A stretch of 64,000 nucleotides of DNA from Candidatus Levyibacteriota bacterium (lineage in GTDB: Bacteria; Patescibacteriota; Microgenomatia; Levybacterales; UBA12049). This document shows, in pieces, positions 51,924 to 60,851 of this stretch. Under the pieces are notes generated by a model. The model made no database searches. It saw only the letters and a list, made by a program, of their open reading frames with translations, and had not been told where the DNA came from. Within the stretch, counting starts at the first letter, position 1; each line of letters opens with the position of its first letter. The stretch lies in assembly GCA_027459725.1 (NCBI GenBank), contig DAIDHK010000001.1, positions 67,411 through 131,410 of the forward strand, read 5' to 3'. Position numbers and translations under genes: made by a program.

Positions 51924-54900
51924 CTAGACAATACCGGAATTCGGGGAATCTTCATTGCTGATCAAGGCCGCTGCAGCTACAGCAGGAGGAGCAAATGTTG
52001 TACCCGTCACACCAGACGGCATCGAGACCGGAGAAATCGGCTGAGAGGGTAACTGATCAACAATAGCTGCAGGCGAGCCCGTTAGTAGTCCTGCATCGAC
52101 AGAATTCACGGGAGAACCAGAATTTAATCCTCCTACAGAAGGCATCTGAGAGGAGACTCCCGCAACAGCATTATTCATTGAGTTTGTATAACTTTGAGCG
52201 AGATCTCCCACTGTTTGCATTAAAGGCTGGGGATTATTCAAAGTGCCATCAGCAATACCAGGATCGGTCGCAATAACTGGCGACTGAGACAATGGCTGAC
52301 TACTCACGCTTAAACCTGAGGTAGGAATACTGGTACTCACAATGGGTTGAGATGCTATAGTTGAAGCTGATGCAGACAGAGTATCTGCTGATTGAAGTGT
52401 AGTAGGATTTGCAGACAACTTTGTATTTGTAGGCTGAAGTGCAGAGGGATTGTCCGTGGTATCTACAGCTTGAGGCTGGGGTAGTAATTTGATAAAGCTA
52501 AATTCAGATTTTTGCTGATCATAGTCAATTTTGATAATATCTCCTGCTATAAAAGTTTTGTTAATAATTTTCATGGCAATTGGATTTTCTATCGAGGATT
52601 GAATTAATCTGCGTAGCGGACGAGCACCGTACTGGGGATCATAACCTTCCTTAGCTAAAACTTCCAGAGCTCCATCAGTAATTTGTAAAGAAAACCCCTG
52701 TTCCTTGAGTAATTTATCAGTCTTATCAACTCCTAACTTGGCAATATACTTCATATCCTGCTGACGAAGCGGCTGAAACATAATTATTTCATCAAAACGA
52801 TTCAGCAATTCCGGACGGAAAAATTTATGCAAATCATCAGAAATTTTAGCTTGCATTTCCTTATACATTTTCTGATATTCCTCAGGAGTCTTAGTAGGTT
52901 TGGATAATTGATCCTGAATATCCTGACTGCCAATATTGGAAGTAGCGATAACAATAGTATTTTTAAATGAGATAGTATTACCTTTATTATCAGTCAAACG
53001 TCCGTCTTCTAATAACTGTAATAAAATATTAAACACATCCGGATGTGCTTTCTCTATTTCATCAAGCAGAACAATAGAATAAGGCTTGGCACGTACAGCC
53101 TCTGTTAATTGTCCTCCTTCTTCATAGCCCACATAACCGGGAGGCGCTCCAATTAATTTTGCCACCTCATGCTTTTCCATGTACTCTGACATATCCAAGC
53201 GCACCATTGCGTCATCCCGTCCAAATAGAATCTCCGCTAATGTTTTGGCTAACTCAGTCTTTCCTGTTCCTGTTGGACCAAGAAAAATAAAAGAAGCGAT
53301 CGGACGATTAGCCGCTGATAAACCAATCCTACCTCTACGCACTGCTTCTGCTACACCACTAACAGCCGGCTCCTGATCAATCAAACGCTGATGTATACGT
53401 TTTTCCAATTCCAGCAATTTCTGGCTTTCATCTTCAGTTAATTTGGTGATAGGAATACCGGTCCATGCGCTAACAACTTTTTCAATATCGGAACGCAACA
53501 CGCTATTATCTTTCCTTTTACCTGAGGACAACTGTAATTTAACTTCAGCCGCAGCTTCGTCTAACAGATCAACAGCTTTGTCAGGCAAATATCGCTCACC
53601 AATATACTTTTTAGAAAGTTTAACCGCCTGTTCTAACGCTTCATCCGGAATAGTGACATGATGATAATTCTCATACTTAGTTTTCAGAACCCTCAACATC
53701 TTTACAGCTGTTTGTTCATCCGGCTCTTCCGCCACAATTGGCTGGAAGCGGCGTGCAAATGCTTTATCTTTCTCAAAATATTTTCTGTATTCTGAAGTCG
53801 TTGTTGTTCCAATAATCTGCAATTGTCCGCGTGCTAAATTTGGCTTGATAATATTAGAGGCATCAAGCGACCCCTCATTATCACCTGTCCCAACCAGTGT
53901 ATGGATTTCGTCAAAAAACAAAATAATTTGTCCGCCGCTGGACATAGAGTCACGCATCACACTGCGAAGTCGCTCTTCAAATTCCCCCCTGTGGCTTGCT
54001 CCTGCAACTAGAGATGCAACATCTATCTGAATGATTTTTTTATTTTTTAATTCCTCAGGAACATTTCCTGTTACGATAGCTTGAGCTAAACCTTCTACAA
54101 TAGCTGTTTTCCCAACTCCTGCTTCACCGATAATAATAGGATTATTTTTGGTTCTGCGTAAAAGAATATGTACTAATCTGTCTACTTCTCTTTCCCTCCC
54201 TGCCACAGGATCCAATCCCCCCTCTTTTGCTTTTTCTGTCAGATCCACACCAAATTTATCCAGCACAGACTTCCTGCCTTCTATATAAGCTGAAGACTTT
54301 CCCAATTGAGCTACTACATCAGCTTTTTTTAAACCTTCTGCCTGTAACGTCGTCCCACTGGAAGAAGAAAAAACCGCCAATAAAATATCTTCCGGAGCAA
54401 TAAATGAGCTACTGCGCTCTTTAGCGGTGGTAAATGCACTTTCGAAGATTTGTTTGACTTGATCACTTAAAGTGGGCTGGCCTGCAAAAGTACCTACGAT
54501 TTCTTTAGCTTGTATTTCCCGGGATAGCTTCGCAACATCAACTTTAAATTGTTCTAGAAGCTTATAAATATCTGTGTCATATAACAGACCAAATAGCAAC
54601 TGTTCAGGCATTATAACTGCCTGCTGTATACGCATTGATTCCTGCTTAGCATGCATTAAAACCTGCATGGAACGGGAATCCAGATGAGATAGAGCTGATA
54701 AATCCTCACGACGTGAAGGGTCCATAACTGCATTGTTAGATGGAGTAGGAACAGATACCGGAATAGAAGATGGAGCTGTCGTTGTAGTAGTACTGGTCTG
54801 CTGAAAAGTAGGAACGGGTACAGCCACTGCTACCGGAGCTACTACCATTGGTCCGCTCGCACTAATTGTGGCTGTACTACTCTGAGTAGTCTGTGTAGTT

Positions 54901-54995
54901 TGTGTAACAGGAGAATTCACCTCCGATTGAGCAGAAGGATTAGAATCATTATTTTTTGCACTAAATAAATTTCCTAGCATATATCTATTGTTCAA
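51924..54995 (-). CDS. Clp/Hsp100-family AAA+ ATPase, ClpA-like architecture (Clp_N-D1-D2), without M-domain or ClpP-docking loop, with ~230-aa disordered Ser/Pro/Thr/Gln-rich C-terminal tail
   Basis: D1 '[18 protein letters not shown]' and '[12 protein letters not shown]'. D2 '[17 protein letters not shown]', '[29 protein letters not shown]', 'GARPLRR'. The D1-D2 linker is short. The sequence after sensor-1 ('[19 protein letters not shown]...') has no IGF/VGF tripeptide. Confidence 0.85.
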   Translation of the reverse strand: MNNRYMLGNLFSAKNNDSNPSAQSEVNSPVTQTTQTTQSSTATISASGPMVVAPVAVAVPVPTFQQTSTTTTTAPSSIPVSVPTPSNNAVMDPSRREDLSALSHLDSRSMQVLMHAKQESMRIQQAVIMPEQLLFGLLYDTDIYKLLEQFKVDVAKLSREIQAKEIVGTFAGQPTLSDQVKQIFESAFTTAKERSSSFIAPEDILLAVFSSSSGTTLQAEGLKKADVVAQLGKSSAYIEGRKSVLDKFGVDLTEKAKEGGLDPVAGREREVDRLVHILLRRTKNNPIIIGEAGVGKTAIVEGLAQAIVTGNVPEELKNKKIIQIDVASLVAGASHRGEFEERLRSVMRDSMSSGGQIILFFDEIHTLVGTGDNEGSLDASNIIKPNLARGQLQIIGTTTTSEYRKYFEKDKAFARRFQPIVAEEPDEQTAVKMLRVLKTKYENYHHVTIPDEALEQAVKLSKKYIGERYLPDKAVDLLDEAAAEVKLQLSSGKRKDNSVLRSDIEKVVSAWTGIPITKLTEDESQKLLELEKRIHQRLIDQEPAVSGVAEAVRRGRIGLSAANRPIASFIFLGPTGTGKTELAKTLAEILFGRDDAMVRLDMSEYMEKHEVAKLIGAPPGYVGYEEGGQLTEAVRAKPYSIVLLDEIEKAHPDVFNILLQLLEDGRLTDNKGNTISFKNTIVIATSNIGSQDIQDQLSKPTKTPEEYQKMYKEMQAKISDDLHKFFRPELLNRFDEIIMFQPLRQQDMKYIAKLGVDKTDKLLKEQGFSLQITDGALEVLAKEGYDPQYGARPLRRLIQSSIENPIAMKIINKTFIAGDIIKIDYDQQKSEFSFIKLLPQPQAVDTTDNPSALQPTNTKLSANPTTLQSADTLSASASTIASQPIVSTSIPTSGLSVSSQPLSQSPVIATDPGIADGTLNNPQPLMQTVGDLAQSYTNSMNNAVAGVSSQMPSVGGLNSGSPVNSVDAGLLTGSPAAIVDQLPSQPISPVSMPSGVTGTTFAPPAVAAAALISNEDSPNSGIV

Positions 54996-55024
54996 TTTTT
55001 CTTTGCATTAGTCAAGCTGACTAA

Positions 55025-57925
55025 TTATTCTGATTTATTTTTGAACTCTTCAACAGTTTTATCCTTTTTTTCATCAGCATATTCATTCACCGATACGTCC
55101 AAATGCCCCTCCAGTTTGTCCTGCTGAACTGAGGTTGTTCTTTGACTAAGAAGTGTATCCTCTTCCTCTTCCTGTTTGCCCAAGTTGGCCAGTACTTCTT
55201 TAGCAGCTTGTGCTTTAGCTTTTAAGTAAGCCACAATTTCAGATTGTGAGAAACCTCCAATCAGCAAAAACGGCAGAATTCCAGACACACGCTGCATGCC
55301 CTGACTTACTTGTAATTGATCCTGAGAGGAAAGTAAAGAAATTGTCTCTGCAATATCCTCAATATCTGAAATCAGCCATGACTTACGATCACTGATCCTT
55401 CCATCCAGCGTTTCTGGAACATCCATGTTAGTATAGTTATCAGCCCACATCTGTCTGACAGCTTCATAATCCTCAATGCTGACGGTCTGAATGCGGTTAG
55501 AAGAAGGCAGATTTGCTCCCGCATTGGAGATCTGAACACCATTTTGCGCTAAAAGTTCTAACACCTTTACGGCTAAGGGATCTCCCTTTTGTTTGGCATC
55601 CTGCAAAGTCTTTAATAAACGTTGAACTTGAGAAATAATATCGGGAGATTGTGCAGATGCCAATAATTCAGTAGCCAATTTATTACCCTTTCGACTTTCC
55701 TGTTTGAGTTGATCATGTAATTTGGTAACTGTTGGCAGATCAACTTTACCTTTTTGAGAAAATAGTTTAGTAGCAGCTAATACATTTACTGCGACAGGAT
55801 TACTACTAGCACTTTCCTGATGCAATGTCTGTACAATTGTATTAAGGGTTGAGGGCAGAGTAGACGTAGACTGAGTAGCAATTTTTTGAATCATTTGGGA
55901 AATACTTTCGATTTCCGTTTTATTAATAGTATTCATAGTTGAGACGACCAGCGAAGCGGTAGTATTACCTTTTTCACTTTGCTCAACTATGGTCTGACGT
56001 ATCTCATTAGCTTTAGTTCTCTCCATCTGACTAGCCGCAATTGTAGGATTTAAGATTGTATTCATGGTTTGTTGAACCGTATTTGCTGTCTGTTTGCTGA
56101 CACTGGTAGCCGTAGCCAGAGACGCCGCCTGTAAAATGTTCTTTGCTAAAACATTTCCCTTCTGACTCTCAACCATTAATCTTCCTCTTATCTGGCGGTA
56201 TGTATCCTGTTGAGCACCAATCGCACTGGTCGGGTTAGCAATTTTCGACAACGTTTGTTCATAACGTAGCGAGGTAGGAGAGGATTTATTAACTATCATA
56301 TTTTTCTCAAATTGCGCTATGTCACGCATAGTGGGAACATTAAGATTAGTCAGGCGCATAAGCTCAGAATTTATTTTTACAGGTATTTGAACCGGTTGAT
56401 TCCTTTTAATATCCACGTTTACTGGTACTTTAAAATTAGCCCCAAAAGGCAACGACTTAGCCAGACCTGTGGGTTTATACTTACTTGGAGGTTGAGGGGA
56501 AATCGGTGAAGGAGGGGGGGGATTAAACATAGCAGGACTTCTGGCTATCAGCTGCTGTACCCATGCGTTCTCATTAATTGAAAATGAATTAAGATAATCA
56601 AGAAAAATCTGCAAAAGAATAAACGGTAATAAGATAACTACCCATAACATCATTAATGCCACAATATATTCTGCAAAAGTTTCGACATAATTTATGCTAT
56701 TGTTAATACCGACCTGTTGTTTGGGTCCACCAAGCAAAATATTAATAGCTGTAGGAAACCTATCCAACAACTCCGGTGAGCCGGGTTTAAAGGTTGAAGG
56801 ATCCTGTCCGCCTAATACAGCGGAAGAATTATACGTATCTCCTGCCAAATCTGTATGTGTATAGTCTGTGAAGTTAAGAGGAATATAATTTACCCATACG
56901 CTTACCAAGCCGGCAAGTAATATTGAAAACAATGGTGCATACAATAACCAGCGGAAGAATTCACCTATCCAAATTTTGGCCGTATTACGAACCGGACTAA
57001 AAAATAGAAGTAAGGGGAAAACGGGAGAGAGGATAATAAAAAACCACATGATAATTTTACGCAGCAACAAAATACCAACCATAACGTAATACGTGATGGC
57101 TGTCAGCTTGACGAGTAACAGAGCAATAAAAGCAGATTCCGTAGCGGAAGGATCTGCCAAGCGCAAACCAACAAATGTGGCGTAATCCCATCCTACAAAC
57201 AAGAGATCTTTTTGTGAAATATTATTGGGAGCATATGTAGGACTTTTAAGAAAGAATAACTGGATGATATCTCCTAACTGGTAGAGAAATTGAATTATAC
57301 TCCAGGAAAAATATACTAAAATCACAATTACTATAAAGCGGATAATAAAACGCCTAACGCTTAAACTTCTACCCCGCGTTGCTATAATGACAATAGCGGC
57401 AACAATCAATACTACTGCCAGCATTGCATATACAATATAACTAATTTTTAACCAGAAAAGCTGTAAAGGATTTTGAGAGGGAGATCCTCCACTTCCCGGC
57501 ATAAGATATACCCAACCAAAATTTTTTGCGCTTAAAGTCCAGTCAAGCAAAAGTCCCGCGCGGGCAGCATTTTGCCCGACAAAAGTTACTTCACTATCAG
57601 GCACATAAGTTCCAGTCGGCACTGGAGTGGTACCCACACCAATTGCACCTGCTCCTCCACCAGGAGTAGGAGAAGGCGTTGGCGTGGCAGTAGGGGTGGG
57701 AGAAGGAGTTGGTGTAGGTGTATTTATGGGAGCAGAACAACCACATGATGGACCAGATAATCTACTACTAGGTGCTACACAAAAACAAGTTTGTCCAACA
57801 GGGCATGTACCATTGGTACTACCCCCACAAGTATAAGTTGCTGCATCTACAAGATAAGCAGAGTTAAAAAATAAACCAAAATAAACTAACAATGCAATGA
57901 AGATGCTGGGCAGTTTTTTCAACAT
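55025..57925 (-). CDS. large polytopic membrane protein: signal peptide, Cys-rich and Pro/Thr-rich ectodomain, ~7 TM helices, ~480-aa C-terminal domain with degenerate 'KGNxLAxxxLxxA' repeats (VirB6/TrbL-like topology?)
   Basis: Signal 'MLKKLPSIFIALLVYFGLFFNSAYLVDA'. Eight Cys in 'TYTCGGSTNGTCPVGQTCFCVAPSSRLSGPSCGCS'. (TP)n linker. Multiple hydrophobic helices between residues ~150-470. Repeats 'ESQKGNVLAKNILQAA', 'EQSEKGNTTASLVV', 'ESRKGNKLATELLASA', 'AKQKGDPLAVKVLELLA'. Confidence 0.6.
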   Translation of the reverse strand: MLKKLPSIFIALLVYFGLFFNSAYLVDAATYTCGGSTNGTCPVGQTCFCVAPSSRLSGPSCGCSAPINTPTPTPSPTPTATPTPSPTPGGGAGAIGVGTTPVPTGTYVPDSEVTFVGQNAARAGLLLDWTLSAKNFGWVYLMPGSGGSPSQNPLQLFWLKISYIVYAMLAVVLIVAAIVIIATRGRSLSVRRFIIRFIVIVILVYFSWSIIQFLYQLGDIIQLFFLKSPTYAPNNISQKDLLFVGWDYATFVGLRLADPSATESAFIALLLVKLTAITYYVMVGILLLRKIIMWFFIILSPVFPLLLFFSPVRNTAKIWIGEFFRWLLYAPLFSILLAGLVSVWVNYIPLNFTDYTHTDLAGDTYNSSAVLGGQDPSTFKPGSPELLDRFPTAINILLGGPKQQVGINNSINYVETFAEYIVALMMLWVVILLPFILLQIFLDYLNSFSINENAWVQQLIARSPAMFNPPPPSPISPQPPSKYKPTGLAKSLPFGANFKVPVNVDIKRNQPVQIPVKINSELMRLTNLNVPTMRDIAQFEKNMIVNKSSPTSLRYEQTLSKIANPTSAIGAQQDTYRQIRGRLMVESQKGNVLAKNILQAASLATATSVSKQTANTVQQTMNTILNPTIAASQMERTKANEIRQTIVEQSEKGNTTASLVVSTMNTINKTEIESISQMIQKIATQSTSTLPSTLNTIVQTLHQESASSNPVAVNVLAATKLFSQKGKVDLPTVTKLHDQLKQESRKGNKLATELLASAQSPDIISQVQRLLKTLQDAKQKGDPLAVKVLELLAQNGVQISNAGANLPSSNRIQTVSIEDYEAVRQMWADNYTNMDVPETLDGRISDRKSWLISDIEDIAETISLLSSQDQLQVSQGMQRVSGILPFLLIGGFSQSEIVAYLKAKAQAAKEVLANLGKQEEEEDTLLSQRTTSVQQDKLEGHLDVSVNEYADEKKDKTVEEFKNKSE

Positions 57926-57926
57926 A

Positions 57927-58343
57927 CTAATTTATTTTCTGATATTCATAATCTGCATTCTTCACGTATTGATTTGTTTTATACAACTGTATCCATTTTT
58001 CTTCCTGACCTGCCGGAACTGTAACCTCAAAGACAATATCAGTTCCTTTTTGATTATAAGAACCATTAGAACTGTACTGTACTAAACGGGCTGGCTCAGC
58101 GTTTTCCAGAAACAAACTTACAGCCTCATCATAATTAGTACTATCTACTGTAACCAATATTTTTCCTGCAACATAAGGAGATAATCCAAAGATTCTATAG
58201 AGACCTGTTTGATATATAAATGAGGGATTATTAAACACATACAGATATAGAATAAACATAAATAGAGTAAGAAATACTCCCAACAAAAAACCTGTAGCAA
58301 AAGAATATTTTCGCTTTGACGGTTGTGATATTTTTATCGGCAT
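57927..58343 (-). CDS. bitopic membrane protein (N-terminal TM + ~100-aa extracytoplasmic domain)
   Basis: TM 'FATGFLLGVFLTLFMFILYLYVF'; 1 nt from the neighbouring genes on both sides. Confidence 0.45.
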   Translation of the reverse strand: MPIKISQPSKRKYSFATGFLLGVFLTLFMFILYLYVFNNPSFIYQTGLYRIFGLSPYVAGKILVTVDSTNYDEAVSLFLENAEPARLVQYSSNGSYNQKGTDIVFEVTVPAGQEEKWIQLYKTNQYVKNADYEYQKIN

Positions 58344-58346
58344 ATA

Positions 58347-58655
58347 TTAAGCTCCAAATCCGGGTAATTTTAAGATGTCAACTAAAACTATCTGAATAAA
58401 CAGATAACCAAAAATAGCTAATAACAATCCGGCAATAGCATAATATAAATAACTTTTACCATTACGTAAGGCAGCAGGATCCCCCTGTGACGTAAGAAGA
58501 ATATATGCTCCATAGAGAATAAATATTAAAGAAAGTCCTCCGATAATACTTAAGCCAATACCATAAAACCTTTCAGCAAAGGCTACAGGATCAGTAGGTA
58601 AGCAACCAAAATCAGTTGTGATTCCGCTTCCTCCATTTGGTAAAGTACACTGCAT
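58347..58655 (-). CDS. small 2-TM hairpin membrane protein (VirB2/TrbC-pilin-like topology), first gene of the operon
   Basis: 102 aa. Two hydrophobic helices ('IGLSIIGGLSLIFILYGAYILL', 'LYYAIAGLLLAIFGYLFIQIVLV') separated by the polar loop 'TSQGDPAALRNGKS'. No N-terminal signal peptide. The resemblance is architectural only. Confidence 0.45.
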   Translation of the reverse strand: MQCTLPNGGSGITTDFGCLPTDPVAFAERFYGIGLSIIGGLSLIFILYGAYILLTSQGDPAALRNGKSYLYYAIAGLLLAIFGYLFIQIVLVDILKLPGFGA

Positions 58656-58736
58656 ACTATTACGTTAGCAGAGATAGCTCATAAAAACAATATTTATGAT
58701 GCCTAAAATTATTAAATTAATTTAATAATTTATAAC

Positions 58737-58776
58737 AAAAAAACACCCTCAGCTGGATAGACTGAGAGTGTTTTTT
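58737..58776. terminator. bidirectional terminator-like hairpin in the divergent leader region (possible attenuator of the minus-strand operon)
   Basis: 'aaaaaaa-CACCCTCAG-ctggataga-CTGAGAGTG-tttttt': 9-bp stem with one mismatch, A-run 5' and T-run 3'. About 90 nt upstream of the operon's first start codon (58655, minus strand). Confidence 0.4.
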
Positions 58777-59213
58777 ACCATGAAAATAGTATTATTAACA
58801 AATTTTTATTCTCATTAGAAATCAGCTTGGTCTGACTTTCTCAACATAATCAGGATCTATTCAGCAGTTAAATAGCTGTACAGTCTTTGTGATTTTATGT
58901 GAAATAATTTTCGTCCTAAATGTAATAGATCTCGTGTAGCCTTCTTGGTTGTTGTTGTAAAATCTATCAGATCTCCAACTAAATTAATTTCACCAATGTT
59001 GAGATTAATGAAAATACTTGTTGTCAAACAGGATATGTTATTTACAATTCACAACAAGTTCAATAATCCGTTATATTTTATTTCTTTTTCCCTGCACCTC
59101 CTTATAAATACAATATTAACAATAAATCCTGAAAAATCCCTTAACATTCATTAATCAAAATACCACAGCTTGTATTGTCCTAGAGTAATTGATATAATTT
59201 CTACTCTTTAAAT

Positions 59214-60797
59214 ATGCCGGTTGAACAATTGTCAAAACGTATCCTAACAAGTATTATGAATTTCACTGAAGGTACCGGTGGGGAAGGGCGCTTGCCAGTT
59301 CTCGAAATTGTACCTGAGGGTAATTTTGCCAGAACAGATAATGGAAATAATATCTTCCGTGAGGGTGCTAACTTATTTGGAATATTTACTAATAAATTTG
59401 CCCGCTCAACTCTTACTTTAAATCCAGCTCCGCATGTTCCAGGTAAGATACCAGCCGAAGTTGTAAGAAATGCTGCCCTCAGAAGATTTGGTTTTATACC
59501 TAATCTGGGAAATCTAAACGAAATTGGAACTCATTTAGTAGTCTGGTGGCAAAAACTTGATACACCGCCTGAAACTCCTATAGAAGAACAAACAGGTTCT
59601 CGTTGTGATATGCTCGGCCTTGCGCAACTGCCTGAAACAGATCGCAAGAATTATTTTTCAGCTATTAGTCAACAAATTGAAAATGGTGTTAATTTAATGG
59701 CTGAATGTTTAGGTTTATCTGAGGACGGACTTAGAAATTTAAGAGTTTATGGTTTATTTGGACATGCCACTTGGGAAGAGCGTAATAAATTTGGCCTAAG
59801 TAGAGGCTCACAAAGCGCACCTGACGGACATTTAAATATTGTCTACTTACCTGAAGATGTTAGTAAAAAGACGAATCCGGAAGCAGTTACGGCTAAAGAA
59901 ATGGTTAAACAGATTGGTCCATGGGATACAGTGGTTGATAACCTATTTGGCAGTGGAATACAAAGAATGATTCAGAATACTGCACTATCACGACTGAATC
60001 CGCGGGATGTAAAGGAAAATAATCCGATTTATGTCACCAGATTGTCAGATTATACCACCAGCAGTGACTTCTCTCATATGAATTTCTTTGAAGGCTATAA
60101 GTTGAATTTTGGCCAATCCATAAGCATAGAACGATCACTTGCAGTACTTACTGACATCCTTAAAAAAGGCTCAGACCTCTATTCAGCTGCTTTGTCCAAC
60201 TATGAGGCTTACTTTAAAAACAGTCATAATCCTGACAGGAAAAAAGCCATATTTGATAATTTAAAAACAAGTGCTAAATTATTTGGTTTTGGTGATCGTA
60301 TGGCAGGTGAATTTGCTAATTTCGTTTTCTCCATAAAACCGACCCATGGTCAGCTAAATAAATGGATTAATGAAATTGAAGCTGATATACACAGCCACAA
60401 TGCCGGTACTGATAACTCTGAAATATCTGCCGACAATTTAGCTTATTTAAAAAAAGTCAAACGCGTATATCAAAGAATCGCTGTAAAATTACACGCGACA
60501 GGCGGACGGGAAAGCTTGAGAAAACATCTTCAGCATGTTAACAATTTATCCCCTCTGGATGCTGATCTACTTCTATCAGTGATTGAAGACAGATTCAAAC
60601 TAATGGATGAAAAAGTGACAAACATTTCCTCTATTATGTCCCCCTTCCTCTCAGGCAGCTATATGCTTGATTACACAAGGGATAATCAGGGACATATTAT
60701 GGTTAAGGGCATATCCTTGAGCACACGTCTTGGCACTGACAAAGGAGTAGTAGAAGATTTAGGAGGATATGTTATTCATCGAGCCACGGGTATATAA
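59214..60797 (+). CDS. hypothetical cytoplasmic protein (527 aa), no recognised domain
   Basis: Long uninterrupted ORF with no TM or signal peptide and a mixed alpha/beta character. No motif I can assign from memory. Preceded by a 560-bp AT-rich intergenic region. Confidence 0.5.
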   Translation: MPVEQLSKRILTSIMNFTEGTGGEGRLPVLEIVPEGNFARTDNGNNIFREGANLFGIFTNKFARSTLTLNPAPHVPGKIPAEVVRNAALRRFGFIPNLGNLNEIGTHLVVWWQKLDTPPETPIEEQTGSRCDMLGLAQLPETDRKNYFSAISQQIENGVNLMAECLGLSEDGLRNLRVYGLFGHATWEERNKFGLSRGSQSAPDGHLNIVYLPEDVSKKTNPEAVTAKEMVKQIGPWDTVVDNLFGSGIQRMIQNTALSRLNPRDVKENNPIYVTRLSDYTTSSDFSHMNFFEGYKLNFGQSISIERSLAVLTDILKKGSDLYSAALSNYEAYFKNSHNPDRKKAIFDNLKTSAKLFGFGDRMAGEFANFVFSIKPTHGQLNKWINEIEADIHSHNAGTDNSEISADNLAYLKKVKRVYQRIAVKLHATGGRESLRKHLQHVNNLSPLDADLLLSVIEDRFKLMDEKVTNISSIMSPFLSGSYMLDYTRDNQGHIMVKGISLSTRLGTDKGVVEDLGGYVIHRATGI

Positions 60798-60851
60798 TAC
60801 TTTTAACAGAATTATTATATTCTTTTCATATTCATCCATTAGTATAAAATA

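Noticed and set aside
46320-58655. Interpreting the operon as a canonical type IV or type VI secretion system
   Set aside because: No VirB4/VirD4/VirB8-11 and no TssB/C/Hcp/VgrG were found. The ATPases are Hsp100 family, not VirB4/VirB11. Only topology-level resemblance for two membrane proteins, so it is reported as an unassigned system instead.
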